Shown in pieces: positions 39,188 through 49,574 of a stretch of DNA of 64,000 bases. A program made the position numbers and the translations under genes. The notes under the pieces are model-generated. The model ran no database searches. It saw nothing but the letters and a program-made list of their open reading frames with translations, and was not told where the DNA came from. How positions within the stretch are numbered: the first letter of the stretch is position 1; each line of letters opens with the position of its first letter. Source of the stretch: Candidatus Woesearchaeota archaeon (GTDB lineage: Archaea; Nanobdellota; Nanobdellia; Woesearchaeales; B29-G15); NCBI GenBank assembly GCA_017610005.1, contig JAFCCU010000001.1, positions 80,371 through 144,370 of the forward strand, written 5' to 3'.

Positions 39188-40826
39188 TCCCCAATAAGTT
39201 TAATCCCCTCTTTATAGTTTTTGCAACATTCTCAATTAGTTTTAACCGTGAATTAGTTAGGTTTTCACCTTGGCCCAAAACCTTTGTTGAGACATAATAA
39301 GAATTAAATGCTTGTGCTAAATCAAGTAAATATCGTGGCAACATATTTATCTTGTAATTTTCCCCAATTTCACTAATTAAAGAATCAAATTCTAAAATGT
39401 ACTTTGCAAGCTCAAATTCCGCTTGTGTTGTTAATACTTTTGCATCAAATGCTTTTATTTCTTTGACTTTTGCTTTCTTAAAAATTGATTTAATCCTTGT
39501 ATATACATATTGTAAATAAGGGCCTGATTCTCCTTCAAATGAAAGTGATTCATTCACATTAAATACAATGACTCGTTTTCGTTCTTTACAAAGCATAGTA
39601 AATTTAAGGGCGGCCATTGAAATTTTTAATGCAGTATCTTTGATTTTTCTTTTGCTCCAATCTTTATGCCGTTTTTTAACTTCACTTATGGCTTCTTTTA
39701 ATACTTGATTTTTAAGTTCATCATAACTTATGACATTTCCAAGCCTTGAAGACATTTTTCCTGAAGATAATTGAACAAGGCCATAACTATGATGATAGCA
39801 TTTCTTTGCTTGGGGAAAGCCCATTAATTCTAATGTTTTAAAGAGTTGTTTAAAGTAAAGCTCTTGTTCTGAACCAACAACATAAATGTTTCGATCAATA
39901 TTATACTTCTTAAATTTCCTTTTAGCTAGTTCTAAATCCTTTGTTGAATAAAGAGAGGTTCCATCTGATTTTAATACCAAGTATTTACCTAATTTATATT
40001 TATCTAAATCCACAAGTAAACTGCCTTGATCTTTTCTTGCAATCCCTTTCTTTTGTAAGTCTAATGCAATTTTCTTACCTTCATGAGAAACTTCACTTTC
40101 AAAAAAGTAAATGTCAAAATTAACATCTAGTTCTTTATAGATTGCATAAAATGTATCCATAGACCATTTGTAGGTTTTTTTCCATAGCGCAGTGAAATGT
40201 TTATCTCCCTTTTCAAATTTCTGCAAAACTTGACTTATCTCTTCTTTTAATCGTTCATTCTCACTAACCTTTTTTGTTGCTTTTACATACACATCTGCTA
40301 GCCAATTTCCATAGTCTTTATCTGGGAGCTTTTTACAATACTTATCAATATACCATAATGACTTAGCAACATGGGTGCCAATATCACCAATGTAATTAGC
40401 TGCAATTACCTTGTAACCACTTGCTCTTAATATTCTAACAATTGCATCTCCTAAAACCACATTTCTTAAGTGTCCAATATGAAAAGCCTTATGGGTGTTT
40501 GGTTGAGAGTATTCAACCATTACTTTTTCATTTTTTTTTGGTTTAATCTCTTTATATTCTAAAGCAGATTTAATAATCTCGGTTTTATCATAGAAAAAAT
40601 TCAAATAAGGCCCTTTTGTAATTACTTTGTCAAAGCCTTTAGGAAGTTTAATTTTAGCTAGTTTTTTGGCAGCATCAACCGGATTTTTACCAAATTTAAA
40701 GCAAGGCAAGGATAAATCGCCGAGGCTTGAATCAGGAGGAATTGAAAACAAATCGATAATTCCTTTTTGATTGGTAGCTTTTTGTATAACCCTTGCTAGA
40801 GTTAATTTTAGTTGATCCATAGGCAA
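39165..40826 (-). CDS. argS: Arginyl-tRNA synthetase
   Basis: HIGH motif PNTHKAFHIGHLRN; anticodon-binding DALR-like C-terminus; 553 aa. Confidence 0.85.
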   Translation of the reverse strand: MPMDQLKLTLARVIQKATNQKGIIDLFSIPPDSSLGDLSLPCFKFGKNPVDAAKKLAKIKLPKGFDKVITKGPYLNFFYDKTEIIKSALEYKEIKPKKNEKVMVEYSQPNTHKAFHIGHLRNVVLGDAIVRILRASGYKVIAANYIGDIGTHVAKSLWYIDKYCKKLPDKDYGNWLADVYVKATKKVSENERLKEEISQVLQKFEKGDKHFTALWKKTYKWSMDTFYAIYKELDVNFDIYFFESEVSHEGKKIALDLQKKGIARKDQGSLLVDLDKYKLGKYLVLKSDGTSLYSTKDLELAKRKFKKYNIDRNIYVVGSEQELYFKQLFKTLELMGFPQAKKCYHHSYGLVQLSSGKMSSRLGNVISYDELKNQVLKEAISEVKKRHKDWSKRKIKDTALKISMAALKFTMLCKERKRVIVFNVNESLSFEGESGPYLQYVYTRIKSIFKKAKVKEIKAFDAKVLTTQAEFELAKYILEFDSLISEIGENYKINMLPRYLLDLAQAFNSYYVSTKVLGQGENLTNSRLKLIENVAKTIKRGLNLLGIDVVEEM

Positions 40827-40856
40827 ACAATTAATTAACCACTATAAATATTTTTT

Positions 40857-41963
40857 CTAATTAATTTTAGGTCTTTTACCTGAGAGATCTAACTTTCTTT
40901 CTGGCCCAGGTTTGGGCATTCCTGGAGTTAATAATGGGGCTTTATCTTCTTTTATTGGGGTCATTGGTTTCGCAACCGGTGCTTTAAGGCCCTTTATTGA
41001 AGCGTCGTCTGAAGTAACTAAAGTTCTCTTTTCTTTAACTTGCAAAGGTTGGGATTTTCTATTAATTATCTGTGCCCCATTTCCACTTAGTTTTTTTAAC
41101 ATGGCAGCATCAGATAATTTCCTCTCAGAAAGACCTTTTTGAGCATCCCAAGTGCCTTGTACTCCCGACTCAAGATTTGGAAGAGGTCCTGAATCTAGCA
41201 GTGCGCTTCTTTCCTCAATTTTTTCTTTTCCATATAAACCTAGAATAAATCTGTCAAGCATTAATCCCTGGTTCCTAAAGACATTTCCAAGTCCCCCTGG
41301 TTTCATAACATAAGACCTTAGAAAGTTAATCAATCCACCAATGACATGATCATCATCAAATTTTTCTTCAACATGAGTTCTTAGGATTTTTAATGCGTCG
41401 GAATGTTTATTGAATCTGTAAGCTAGACTTAAAAGAGACATGCTTGCAACTGTTTCTAAATCATTTAATCCATCATAAATCTCATGACTGGGCTTGTCAA
41501 ATTCTGTTGGCATCGCTTCTTGATCAATGAGTCCATATCTTATATTTACATAAATGGGAGTTCTTTCTCCTTCTCTTTGATAAGTGCCTTTTACTCTATG
41601 CTCCGGGTCGTCTTGGCAATGCTTGCCGAGTAGTTTTTTAATTCCTGTAAAATAATCTTGATTTCCATCAGCAATATTTTTTAATTCCGATTCTTGGTGT
41701 GAACTCGCTAAAACCTTTGCAACTATATCATCTCCACTATAACCTCTTCCGTTAGGTGTAACAACTGAACCATAAGCAATTTTACTTGCAGAAGTGGTAA
41801 TTCTGGCCTTTATTTCTTTCATGGAAACATGAAATGCAATCATTTCAAGTAAAGCTATTTTGCCTGGAAAATTAAATCCTTCAATATCGGTGTCAAATTC
41901 ATTCGCATCAATACCATAAAGAGAATCAGGAACATATTCTGTATATCCAAATGGGTTTGACAT
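40857..41963 (-). CDS. Hypothetical protein with a Pro/Lys-rich C-terminal tail
   Basis: 368-aa ORF. Tail KAPVAKPMTPIKEDKAPLLTPGMPKPGPERK. Confidence 0.4.
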   Translation of the reverse strand: MSNPFGYTEYVPDSLYGIDANEFDTDIEGFNFPGKIALLEMIAFHVSMKEIKARITTSASKIAYGSVVTPNGRGYSGDDIVAKVLASSHQESELKNIADGNQDYFTGIKKLLGKHCQDDPEHRVKGTYQREGERTPIYVNIRYGLIDQEAMPTEFDKPSHEIYDGLNDLETVASMSLLSLAYRFNKHSDALKILRTHVEEKFDDDHVIGGLINFLRSYVMKPGGLGNVFRNQGLMLDRFILGLYGKEKIEERSALLDSGPLPNLESGVQGTWDAQKGLSERKLSDAAMLKKLSGNGAQIINRKSQPLQVKEKRTLVTSDDASIKGLKAPVAKPMTPIKEDKAPLLTPGMPKPGPERKLDLSGKRPKIN

Positions 41964-42121
41964 AATTGCCAGAGGAATTCATTATTTATAAACGTTTTGG
42001 TGTTTTACTACTAACAAGGAACAATCTTTTATTGCTTAAATTTAGTGAAAATCGAAGAGTTTAAATACTAGTTATACGAAAAGTATTACGTTATCATACT
42101 ATGGAAAAAAGGTGATTTTTC

Positions 42122-43195
42122 ATGAAAGCAATAGTAATGACCCCAAATGGGTTAAAATTAAGTGATGTACAAAAACCAACACCTGGTCCAGATGAAGTAT
42201 TAGTCCGAATTGAATGGGCAAGCGTATGTGGTTCTGATTATCCATTTCTAAACGGAGTTGTTGATAATTCTCATTTAATAGGGAAGGTTATGGGCCATGA
42301 GGGCGCAGGCCAAATTGTTGAAATCGGTAATGATGTAAAAGGTTTTCATACTGGAGAGAAAGTTGCTTTTGAATCTCATCGGGCTAGAAAAGAATGGCTT
42401 AAAGATGGTAACGATGCTTATAAAGATAAACATTTTGCAATAATAGGATACAGGGGATTTCCAAAAGGAAAACCACCTCAAGGTACATGGGCCGAATATA
42501 TTTCTGTTCCAGCGGTATATGCCCATAAAATCCCTAATGAATTAGCTTACCATTATCCTGGAAGCTTATGGGAACCACTGGGAAATTCAATAAGGTTAGC
42601 AACAGCTGTTAAAGAAAGATTTCCAGACAAAAACAAAGAAATTGTATTTAGTGGGTGTGGCCCTCAGGGAATGCTTGCTATGTTGATTTTAAATAAATAT
42701 TACGGGTACAAAAAAATTATTGCACTTGAAGTTTCTGATAAGCGTATAGAACTTATGAATAAGCTTGGGATTGCCAAAGTTTACAAACCTAGTGAAATGC
42801 CAAAAATTTCCCCTGAGATGTGGGTTGAAGTTTCTGGAGCATATCCCGCATATAAACAAGCAATTGAGACAACAAAAAAAGGAGGCACAATAATTCTCTT
42901 CGGTTTAATCAAGAAAGATATTGAAATTGAGGGCTTGCCTTATAACACCTTTGTGCTTGACCTTCATGAAACCAAACAAGATGGGTTAAATTTAATTGGA
43001 ATTTCAGGAAGACTTAATGAAGATTGGGTTAAATGTCCTGAAGTGATAAAGGAGCTTGCAGGAACAGTTGACTTAAATGAATTGTATTCTTATTATGGGC
43101 CACTGCAAAACATGCCCCATATTGAACAGTCAATTGGGCTTCCTCCAAAAGATCCTGAGTTTGTAAAAGCGGTGTTTTCAGGGTTTTTGTTGTAA
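42122..43195 (+). CDS. Zinc-dependent alcohol dehydrogenase family protein (threonine/sorbitol dehydrogenase-like)
   Basis: Zn-ADH signature GHEGAGQIVEIGNDVKG; catalytic-zinc Cys CGSD; Rossmann motif GCGPQG. Confidence 0.75.
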   Translation: MKAIVMTPNGLKLSDVQKPTPGPDEVLVRIEWASVCGSDYPFLNGVVDNSHLIGKVMGHEGAGQIVEIGNDVKGFHTGEKVAFESHRARKEWLKDGNDAYKDKHFAIIGYRGFPKGKPPQGTWAEYISVPAVYAHKIPNELAYHYPGSLWEPLGNSIRLATAVKERFPDKNKEIVFSGCGPQGMLAMLILNKYYGYKKIIALEVSDKRIELMNKLGIAKVYKPSEMPKISPEMWVEVSGAYPAYKQAIETTKKGGTIILFGLIKKDIEIEGLPYNTFVLDLHETKQDGLNLIGISGRLNEDWVKCPEVIKELAGTVDLNELYSYYGPLQNMPHIEQSIGLPPKDPEFVKAVFSGFLL

Positions 43196-43253
43196 ATCTT
43201 CCGGTTTTTTTGACAACACTTTCTTTTAAGCTAGTTTTTTCTTTAGGCTTGAG

Positions 43254-44195
43254 GTGGTTACCATGCCAACTAAAGAAGAAATGTACGCAATTATTCAATC
43301 TGCAGCCCCATCTCCAAGGGTGGAGCTAATGCCTGCAGAAGAAATTGACTTAACTAAGATTCCAAAAGCTGCAATTAAAATTGCTAAAAATCAAAATCGA
43401 ATTAGAGATTTAGTAATTTCAAAAGCAGCCAGTGGAGAGTATCCCCTTGAATCAGGGGTTAGAAAAGGGTTTGAGGATTTAGGTGCAATGCAAGTTTTTG
43501 GTGCAAGATTCCGCGTTTTTATATCTCCTGGAAGTCATAACCTAGAGACTTTGATGAATGCACAAGCAGGCCATATGGGTTATATTAGCCAAGGGCTTTC
43601 AACGGTTCTAGCGGATATTCAGGATGCAAGAGCATTTGCTGAAACCTACTGGGGAGAATTAAGTGAAGCACCATTAGAAATGGACGCTGTTGAGCGGGAA
43701 TCTTTAATTACTGCTTCAGCTGCAGCTGAGAAGGTGTTAAAACTTACTGCAGAAGTTTATAGTGATAGTGAGCAACCAGTAGAATACTTTGATAATATGA
43801 TGCAGACAATTGAAGCGGAGCGAGAGAGGATAAATAGCACTAGCACAGCTGTAAGAGCAAAAGAGAACTTAATTGGGCATAAAGAAAGAGTAGAATTTGG
43901 AAGTACCATCTTGAGTCATTTAGACTACGCTGAACAAAGAATTCTTGATTGGCAAACTTCTATTAAAAACTCTGAAGAAAAATTAAAGTTGACAAGAGAT
44001 GTTTTGCCAGCTCTTGCAGATGGAAGTGCTTCATTAAATGAATTTGTAAGACTTAGCGGTGAAGTGATCCAAAACACCCTTGGACTAGTTGTAGGGGAAC
44101 TTTCACAAAGTTATAAGTCAGTTAAGACTCTTGGGAAACCAAGAGATCTTCAATTGCCTAGGGGGAAGAGTTATAGGATGATTCGGGGAGGCTAA
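43254..44195 (+). CDS. Hypothetical protein
   Basis: 313-aa helical ORF. No motif. Confidence 0.4.
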   Translation: MVTMPTKEEMYAIIQSAAPSPRVELMPAEEIDLTKIPKAAIKIAKNQNRIRDLVISKAASGEYPLESGVRKGFEDLGAMQVFGARFRVFISPGSHNLETLMNAQAGHMGYISQGLSTVLADIQDARAFAETYWGELSEAPLEMDAVERESLITASAAAEKVLKLTAEVYSDSEQPVEYFDNMMQTIEAERERINSTSTAVRAKENLIGHKERVEFGSTILSHLDYAEQRILDWQTSIKNSEEKLKLTRDVLPALADGSASLNEFVRLSGEVIQNTLGLVVGELSQSYKSVKTLGKPRDLQLPRGKSYRMIRGG

Positions 44196-44302
44196 AATGA
44201 ATCTTGTGGAAATAGTTACTAAAGCTCTTGGCTTATTTACAAGACCGCCAGGAGTTTCAAAAATGGAATGTAATAATTACATTTTACCACAGAAGGAATA
44301 TT

Positions 44303-45400
44303 TTAAATGAATTCAACTTCAATAAGAAAGGAATCATCTGTGGGGTATTCCTCGACAATCGCAGGAATGGCTCCAAGCAGTTTAACATTTTTTTTCTTTA
44401 ATTCTTTTAAGGGCACAATCGCCCTTTTAAGTTTCTTATCAAGTTTAAAAGTAGAAAATCTAGCACCACCACAAATTTCTATTAATTGATGATAAATAAC
44501 TGTGCTGTTAGCTTTTGCAATTCTTTCTTTATACTTGGCACCTGGTTCTAAGCCTGGCAAATAAACAACCCCCCTAATTAATGTGCCATCTTTTGAAACT
44601 TTATCGTATTTTTCTTTAACTACTTTAGCTTGATTTTTTAATCTGTTTTTAAGTTGCACTTTATCTTTTAGTTTTACAGTGCAATAATGGATTTTTAGCT
44701 TACCCTTGTAGCCTTTAAGCACCTTAAGGGCAGTTTCTTGTGAACCTTTAGCTGCATAAGATTTATCTGATTTAGTAAAAAATCCTTTTTTATTAATTGT
44801 ATTAAAAGAATTATCAGCAATTTCAAGTTCATTTAAATTTAAAAAAGTAATCCAATTTTTTGCATACTCAATTAATTCAAATATTTTTATATCATACCTT
44901 GGGATTGCAGGAATTTCCAGCCCATAATCCCAGTTAAATTCATTAGGCAATTTTAATTTTGGCCAATTTTTCTTTTCATCAAGATCTGGGTGCAGTCTTA
45001 TTTCATCAAGACCAGCATCAAATAATTGTTTAAGTTTGGCTTTAGTAATTCCTTCTGGAATAGTATAAAGATGGATATGAAACTTTTCGCCAAATTCTTC
45101 TTTTAAAGTTTTAATGTATTTTACAGTCCTTTTAATTTTACATAAACTGTCTCCTCCAGTAAATCCTGCCCCTTGAGCACCGCTTGCATTAACTTCTTTG
45201 ATAATATCTTTTACATCATTTACTGGCCGTTCATTTGCAAAGGTAACATCTTTGTGAAATTTATAATCGGAAATTGAGCAGTAAAAACAATTTCTTTGGC
45301 AAATGCCAGTTACAAATAAAACCAACTTTCTACCCTTAACACACTGTTTGCAGCCAATAGGGAGCCCATTGATACTCCAAGAGTGAAAACGCGTTTTCAT
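44303..45400 (-). CDS. Radical SAM domain protein (uncharacterised subfamily)
   Basis: CQRNCFYC CxxxCxxC near the N-terminus, plus an extra upstream CKQC. Confidence 0.6.
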   Translation of the reverse strand: MKTRFHSWSINGLPIGCKQCVKGRKLVLFVTGICQRNCFYCSISDYKFHKDVTFANERPVNDVKDIIKEVNASGAQGAGFTGGDSLCKIKRTVKYIKTLKEEFGEKFHIHLYTIPEGITKAKLKQLFDAGLDEIRLHPDLDEKKNWPKLKLPNEFNWDYGLEIPAIPRYDIKIFELIEYAKNWITFLNLNELEIADNSFNTINKKGFFTKSDKSYAAKGSQETALKVLKGYKGKLKIHYCTVKLKDKVQLKNRLKNQAKVVKEKYDKVSKDGTLIRGVVYLPGLEPGAKYKERIAKANSTVIYHQLIEICGGARFSTFKLDKKLKRAIVPLKELKKKNVKLLGAIPAIVEEYPTDDSFLIEVEFI

Positions 45401-45481
45401 TTAATTTAAAAACAAGAGGTGTTTTAAAAGGCTTTAGTTTACTACGAAACAGTTATAAATAATGAGTTATTCATTATATTT

Positions 45482-46363
45482 ATGATTGTTTTAAAAATAA
45501 TTGAGACTTGGTTAGAATATTATGATATATCTCTTCCACAAGAGGGTATGGGAGCATTGGCTGATAGGGTTGTTAAACTTTCAGAAGAGACAAGAACTCC
45601 CTCTGAAGCAATAGGTTTAATCACCAATTCATCTGAAGAAGGATTGCTCCCTTTACTAATTCATATAAGAAATATTCAAAAAACTGATACGTTTTCGCCT
45701 TCAAGGCGAAATGTGGAAATTGGACTTTCAGATGTTGAGTTTCTTGTTGCAACAAGATATCCGGGAATTTCTAGTTCTTCAAGAACAGAATTATTAAAAG
45801 ATTCTTTTTTTAGATTTTATGAAAATATATTTTTCGATAAAGCTGGAAGAAATTTGCCTCCCAGTGCAATTTTTCCGAGAAACGCTTATCATTTAGGATT
45901 AATTTGTTCTGAATTATATCAAGAGAGTGAAAATGTAATGGATGGTCTCTTGAGAAAAGAAGTTCTTGAACGGGCAAGAGTATTTGTTAATATGGCAAGG
46001 CAAAACGGCTATGTCCATTCTGATAGAATTAAAGATTCCGAAGTAAGGATGGGAGTAACCAAAACTGATGTTTTGGATGCAAATCTTTTAATTTTAGAAG
46101 CAGGTTTAATTGAAGAAAGCGAAAGAATGCCAATTTATAAAGATGCAATTAGATTGCTTGAAATAGCAGATAAAGAACAATTGACTAACCATTGTACTGC
46201 AAGACTTCATAGGACATTTGCAAAATCTTTACTTGGTATTAACCCTTCGCCTGAACAATATAATCGAGCCGGTGTCCATTATGAAGTAGGGATTACAATT
46301 CTTAATCCCGAAGATCATTTAAGGCAAACAATGGAACAGGAATTTAAGAAGTGGGACTTATAA
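45482..46363 (+). CDS. Hypothetical protein
   Basis: 293-aa ORF. No motif. Confidence 0.4.
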   Translation: MIVLKIIETWLEYYDISLPQEGMGALADRVVKLSEETRTPSEAIGLITNSSEEGLLPLLIHIRNIQKTDTFSPSRRNVEIGLSDVEFLVATRYPGISSSSRTELLKDSFFRFYENIFFDKAGRNLPPSAIFPRNAYHLGLICSELYQESENVMDGLLRKEVLERARVFVNMARQNGYVHSDRIKDSEVRMGVTKTDVLDANLLILEAGLIEESERMPIYKDAIRLLEIADKEQLTNHCTARLHRTFAKSLLGINPSPEQYNRAGVHYEVGITILNPEDHLRQTMEQEFKKWDL

Positions 46364-47098
46364 AAATAATCGCTGATAATTCATAAAAATAATTCTTTTA
46401 ACTTCAATAGGGTCTAATCCTTTAAGTTCTGCAATTTTATTAACTGTTACTTGTACATTTGCAGGATTATTTATTGCGCCTCTTTTGGGTGCAAGATACG
46501 GAGAATCAGTTTCGGTTAGAAGCAAGTTATTTGGAACTAATTTAACCATCTCTTGAAATCCTTCATTAAACACAAGAATTGGGGGGATTGAAAAATGGTA
46601 TTTTAATTTAATTGCTTCTTTTACAAGCTCTAAGTCTCCAGTAAAACAATGCAAGACTACTTTTGGCGCATTATGTTTTTTAAGAAGGGAAATAACTTCT
46701 TTTTCTTTCTGCCTTGTATGCACAACTACCGGCACATCAAGTTTTTTTGCTAGTTTAATAAACATACTAAAAACTTCTTTTTGTTTCTTAAAATCCTTAC
46801 CATACTTTCCATCCAGCCCAATTTCACTAATTGCAATCGGATTTTTAGTCTTAATCCACTCAATTTCTTTTTCTATTTGTTTAATGGTCATATCTTCAGC
46901 TTCAGTAGGGTAGATCCCATAAGCAGCCTTTACAATATGATAAGTATCAGCCAAAACTTTAGTTGCCCTATTAGTTTCAATATTAATACCACAATTGATA
47001 ATTGCAGTAACACCTGCTCTAGCAGCATTTGCTACCATCTTTTCTACTGATTCTTTAAATCCATCTGAGTCAAGATGGCAGTGGACATCTACGAGCAT
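46358..47098 (-). CDS. TatD-family metal-dependent hydrolase (DNase)
   Basis: N-terminal MLVDVHCHLD motif and a HCFTG-type downstream His/Asp ligand pattern. Confidence 0.8.
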   Translation of the reverse strand: MLVDVHCHLDSDGFKESVEKMVANAARAGVTAIINCGINIETNRATKVLADTYHIVKAAYGIYPTEAEDMTIKQIEKEIEWIKTKNPIAISEIGLDGKYGKDFKKQKEVFSMFIKLAKKLDVPVVVHTRQKEKEVISLLKKHNAPKVVLHCFTGDLELVKEAIKLKYHFSIPPILVFNEGFQEMVKLVPNNLLLTETDSPYLAPKRGAINNPANVQVTVNKIAELKGLDPIEVKRIIFMNYQRLFL

Positions 47099-47131
47099 AT
47101 TTTAATTGTAGAACAAGTGGTATATAAATTT

Positions 47132-47251
47132 TTACAATAAAGTTTTACACTTATTACAAACATGAGTATTTTTCTTTTCATCAAATGTGGTTGATACTCC
47201 ATACTCTATTAATGTGCCACATTTTGGACACTTTGGCTCTAAAAATTCCAT
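47132..47251 (-). CDS. 39-aa zinc-ribbon mini-protein (MEFLEPKCPKCGTLIEYGVSTTFDEKKNTHVCNKCKTLL). It is below the 60-aa cutoff of the ORF track.
   Basis: Two CxxC pairs (CPKC … CNKC) separated by ~20 aa. Confidence 0.35.
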   Translation of the reverse strand: MEFLEPKCPKCGTLIEYGVSTTFDEKKNTHVCNKCKTLL

Positions 47252-47446
47252 AGAATCATAATTATTAAACAATTTCCCCTCAGCTATTATTCTTAGGTAA
47301 AAGAACTTTATATACTTTACTGTAAAGAAGGTGTAAGGTATAGGGTTTAGGATATAGGGTTTGAGGTTTGTTGGATAATATCTTTCACTTCAGAACCTTA
47401 AAGTGTAGGGTAATATGGTTTATGTGAAGGTATTCTTCATTTCCCA

Positions 47447-47580
47447 CTTCAGACTTCAAACTTCTTACTTCAAACTTCTTACTTCAAACTTCTAACTTCA
47501 AACTTCTAACTTCAAACTTCTTACTTCAGACTTCTTACTTCAAACTTCTAACTTCAGACTTCTAACTTCAGACTTCCGAC
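47447..47580. repeat. Tandem heptamer array (~19 units) ACTTCAR/ACTTCTW, i.e. (TTCAGAC/TTCTTAC)n, preceded by degenerate (T)AGGGTTT units
   Basis: acttcagacttcaaacttcttacttcaaacttcttacttcaaacttctaacttc… read directly from the sequence. Confidence 0.9.
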
Positions 47581-47636
47581 TGGGCAAAAGTTTATATATC
47601 TTCTCTTATTTGTGTGTTGTCTAGATATATACAACA

Positions 47637-48077
47637 ATGAAAACCTTAGTTATTTTTTATTCAAGGACAGGCACTACTAGGAAAGTTGCAAAAGCAATTT
47701 CTAAAGCATTAAAAAGTGACATTAAAGAGATTTTTCCTAAACGAGAATTTAAGGGATTCTTTGGTTTTTTTCGAGGGGGATTTGAAGCAGTAATGCGTAA
47801 AACCCCTAAGATTAAGCCTTTAAAGAAATTGGAATACGATTTAGTTGTTATTGGTTCCCCTGTATGGGCAGGTAATATGGCAAGCCCAGTGAGAACTTTT
47901 TTAACAAAACAAAAACCAAAGAAAGTAGCATTCTTTGCAACATCTGGTGGAGACATTGGAAAAACTTTTAGTGAAATGCAAAAAATAAGCAAAAAACCAA
48001 TTGCAATATTTAATTTGAAAACAACGCAGGTAAAGAAGGGTTTTACAATAACTCCCTTTATCAAAAAACTGAAGTGA
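47637..48077 (+). CDS. Flavodoxin-like fold protein
   Basis: N-terminal MKTLVIFYSRTGTTRKVAKAI and a later GSPVWAGNM, typical of flavodoxin-family FMN binding. Confidence 0.55.
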   Translation: MKTLVIFYSRTGTTRKVAKAISKALKSDIKEIFPKREFKGFFGFFRGGFEAVMRKTPKIKPLKKLEYDLVVIGSPVWAGNMASPVRTFLTKQKPKKVAFFATSGGDIGKTFSEMQKISKKPIAIFNLKTTQVKKGFTITPFIKKLK

Positions 48078-48089
48078 AGGTGTTAAATA

Positions 48090-48629
48090 ATGGAAGATGT
48101 ATTAGAAGTTATGATTGGAGATGAATTAACAGCAAATGAAGTTGAAACTTTAAAACCTTACTTTAATGCCCAAGGCTTAGCATTTGGTGTTGAATCCTGG
48201 ATGGGTAGAAGAGCAGATTTTTGGACACATAAAAGAGTTAAATATAATGATGAAGGTGTGCCTCAATTCCCTTCTGTTGAAATTTATGGTGAGAATTTTA
48301 TTGACCTTGGTTTGGATCATCTGGTTACAAAAGGGGCAGTTACCTTGCTTGTGGGTAGGATTGATGAAAAGGAAAAACCCATTTTCCCTGATATTCAAAG
48401 AGCTTTGAGAAGCGCTGCAAGGGATTGGTTAAAAGAATCTAGAAAAGATCATAATCATCCAAGTTATGCTTCAGCTCATAAAATAGCAGTTTTTGATAAA
48501 AAGGGACCAGGAAGGGTATATGCTTCAGCGGCAAACCTTCCACTGCCTTCAACGAAGGTAATTAACAGGCGCGGTTTAATTCCTATATCTGAAGGATTAC
48601 AGTTAGCTTACTCAGGAGCCCCACAATAA
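48090..48629 (+). CDS. Hypothetical protein
   Basis: 179-aa ORF. No motif. Confidence 0.4.
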   Translation: MEDVLEVMIGDELTANEVETLKPYFNAQGLAFGVESWMGRRADFWTHKRVKYNDEGVPQFPSVEIYGENFIDLGLDHLVTKGAVTLLVGRIDEKEKPIFPDIQRALRSAARDWLKESRKDHNHPSYASAHKIAVFDKKGPGRVYASAANLPLPSTKVINRRGLIPISEGLQLAYSGAPQ

Positions 48630-48660
48630 CTTTTTAAACTTCTTTTAATTTTATTTTTAA

Positions 48661-49542
48661 ATGCAGAAGGAACACTGGATGATGGTTGTGGCTGGCTTGC
48701 TCGCTGGTTTTATCATTTTTGGTGCTAAAATCTTTGGCAATGCAGGGCTTTCTGTTTATGAAATTATGATTGGAACTTCCTTAATAGCAACAATTGGCTT
48801 GGCACCCCTAGTAATTTTTAAGAAATCTTGGAGAATGCCAGTAGGATTTTTAAAATACATACCTTTTTTTGGTTTTATTGGATTTATCATTAGTTTTTCT
48901 CAATATGGGGCAGTCAATTTAGGGGTTCCTGTATCAATTTCAGTCCTCTTGCTTTACACTATGCCCTTATGGGTAATTATTTTTGATAAGGTTTTTTTAA
49001 AAGAGATTATTACCAAGGAGAAAATATTTGCCGTAATAACAGTGCTTATTGGTGTATTATTATTGATTAATCCATTTACTGAAACTGATTTTGGAAGCAT
49101 CCCTGGAGTAATTTTAGCACTTTTAGGGGGAGTGGCTCTTGCATTTTGGGTAATTCTTGGAAGAGTTGTTGGAAGAAAGTTATACCATCCTGTTGCAATT
49201 AGATTTGGGTATTCTATATCAACATTATTCTTTTTAGTAGTTTCATATCCAATTGTTAAGAATTATGTAAATATGCCAGAATTCATGTCGCTTTCCTTTT
49301 CTTTTCCTATAATAATTTGGGTTTACTTAACGTTATATGTGTTTATTACTAATGTTGCAGGAAATTTACTATTCTATAAAGCAGTTCAAAAAATTTCAGC
49401 TACAGATGCTGGGGTAATATTACTTATTGAACCCCTTTCAGGAACATTACTTGCTGCAGTCTTCTTGTCTCAACCAGTTACTTGGTTAATAGGCCTTGGT
49501 GGAATATTAATTCTCACTGGCAATTATCTGGTTGTCAAGTAA
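48661..49542 (+). CDS. EamA/DMT-superfamily transporter
   Basis: ~10 TM helices in two halves. 293 aa. Confidence 0.55.
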   Translation: MQKEHWMMVVAGLLAGFIIFGAKIFGNAGLSVYEIMIGTSLIATIGLAPLVIFKKSWRMPVGFLKYIPFFGFIGFIISFSQYGAVNLGVPVSISVLLLYTMPLWVIIFDKVFLKEIITKEKIFAVITVLIGVLLLINPFTETDFGSIPGVILALLGGVALAFWVILGRVVGRKLYHPVAIRFGYSISTLFFLVVSYPIVKNYVNMPEFMSLSFSFPIIIWVYLTLYVFITNVAGNLLFYKAVQKISATDAGVILLIEPLSGTLLAAVFLSQPVTWLIGLGGILILTGNYLVVK

Positions 49543-49574
49543 ACCTTAAATACATCTTGCTATTTTAATTTCTT

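Noticed and set aside
47447-47580. Possible CRISPR array
   Set aside because: The repeat unit is 7 nt with no unique spacers; arrays are contiguous microsatellite-like tandem repeats and there are no cas genes.
47657-48064. 135-aa minus-strand ORF
   Set aside because: Antisense to the flavodoxin-like gene, which has the recognisable N-terminal FMN-binding signature.
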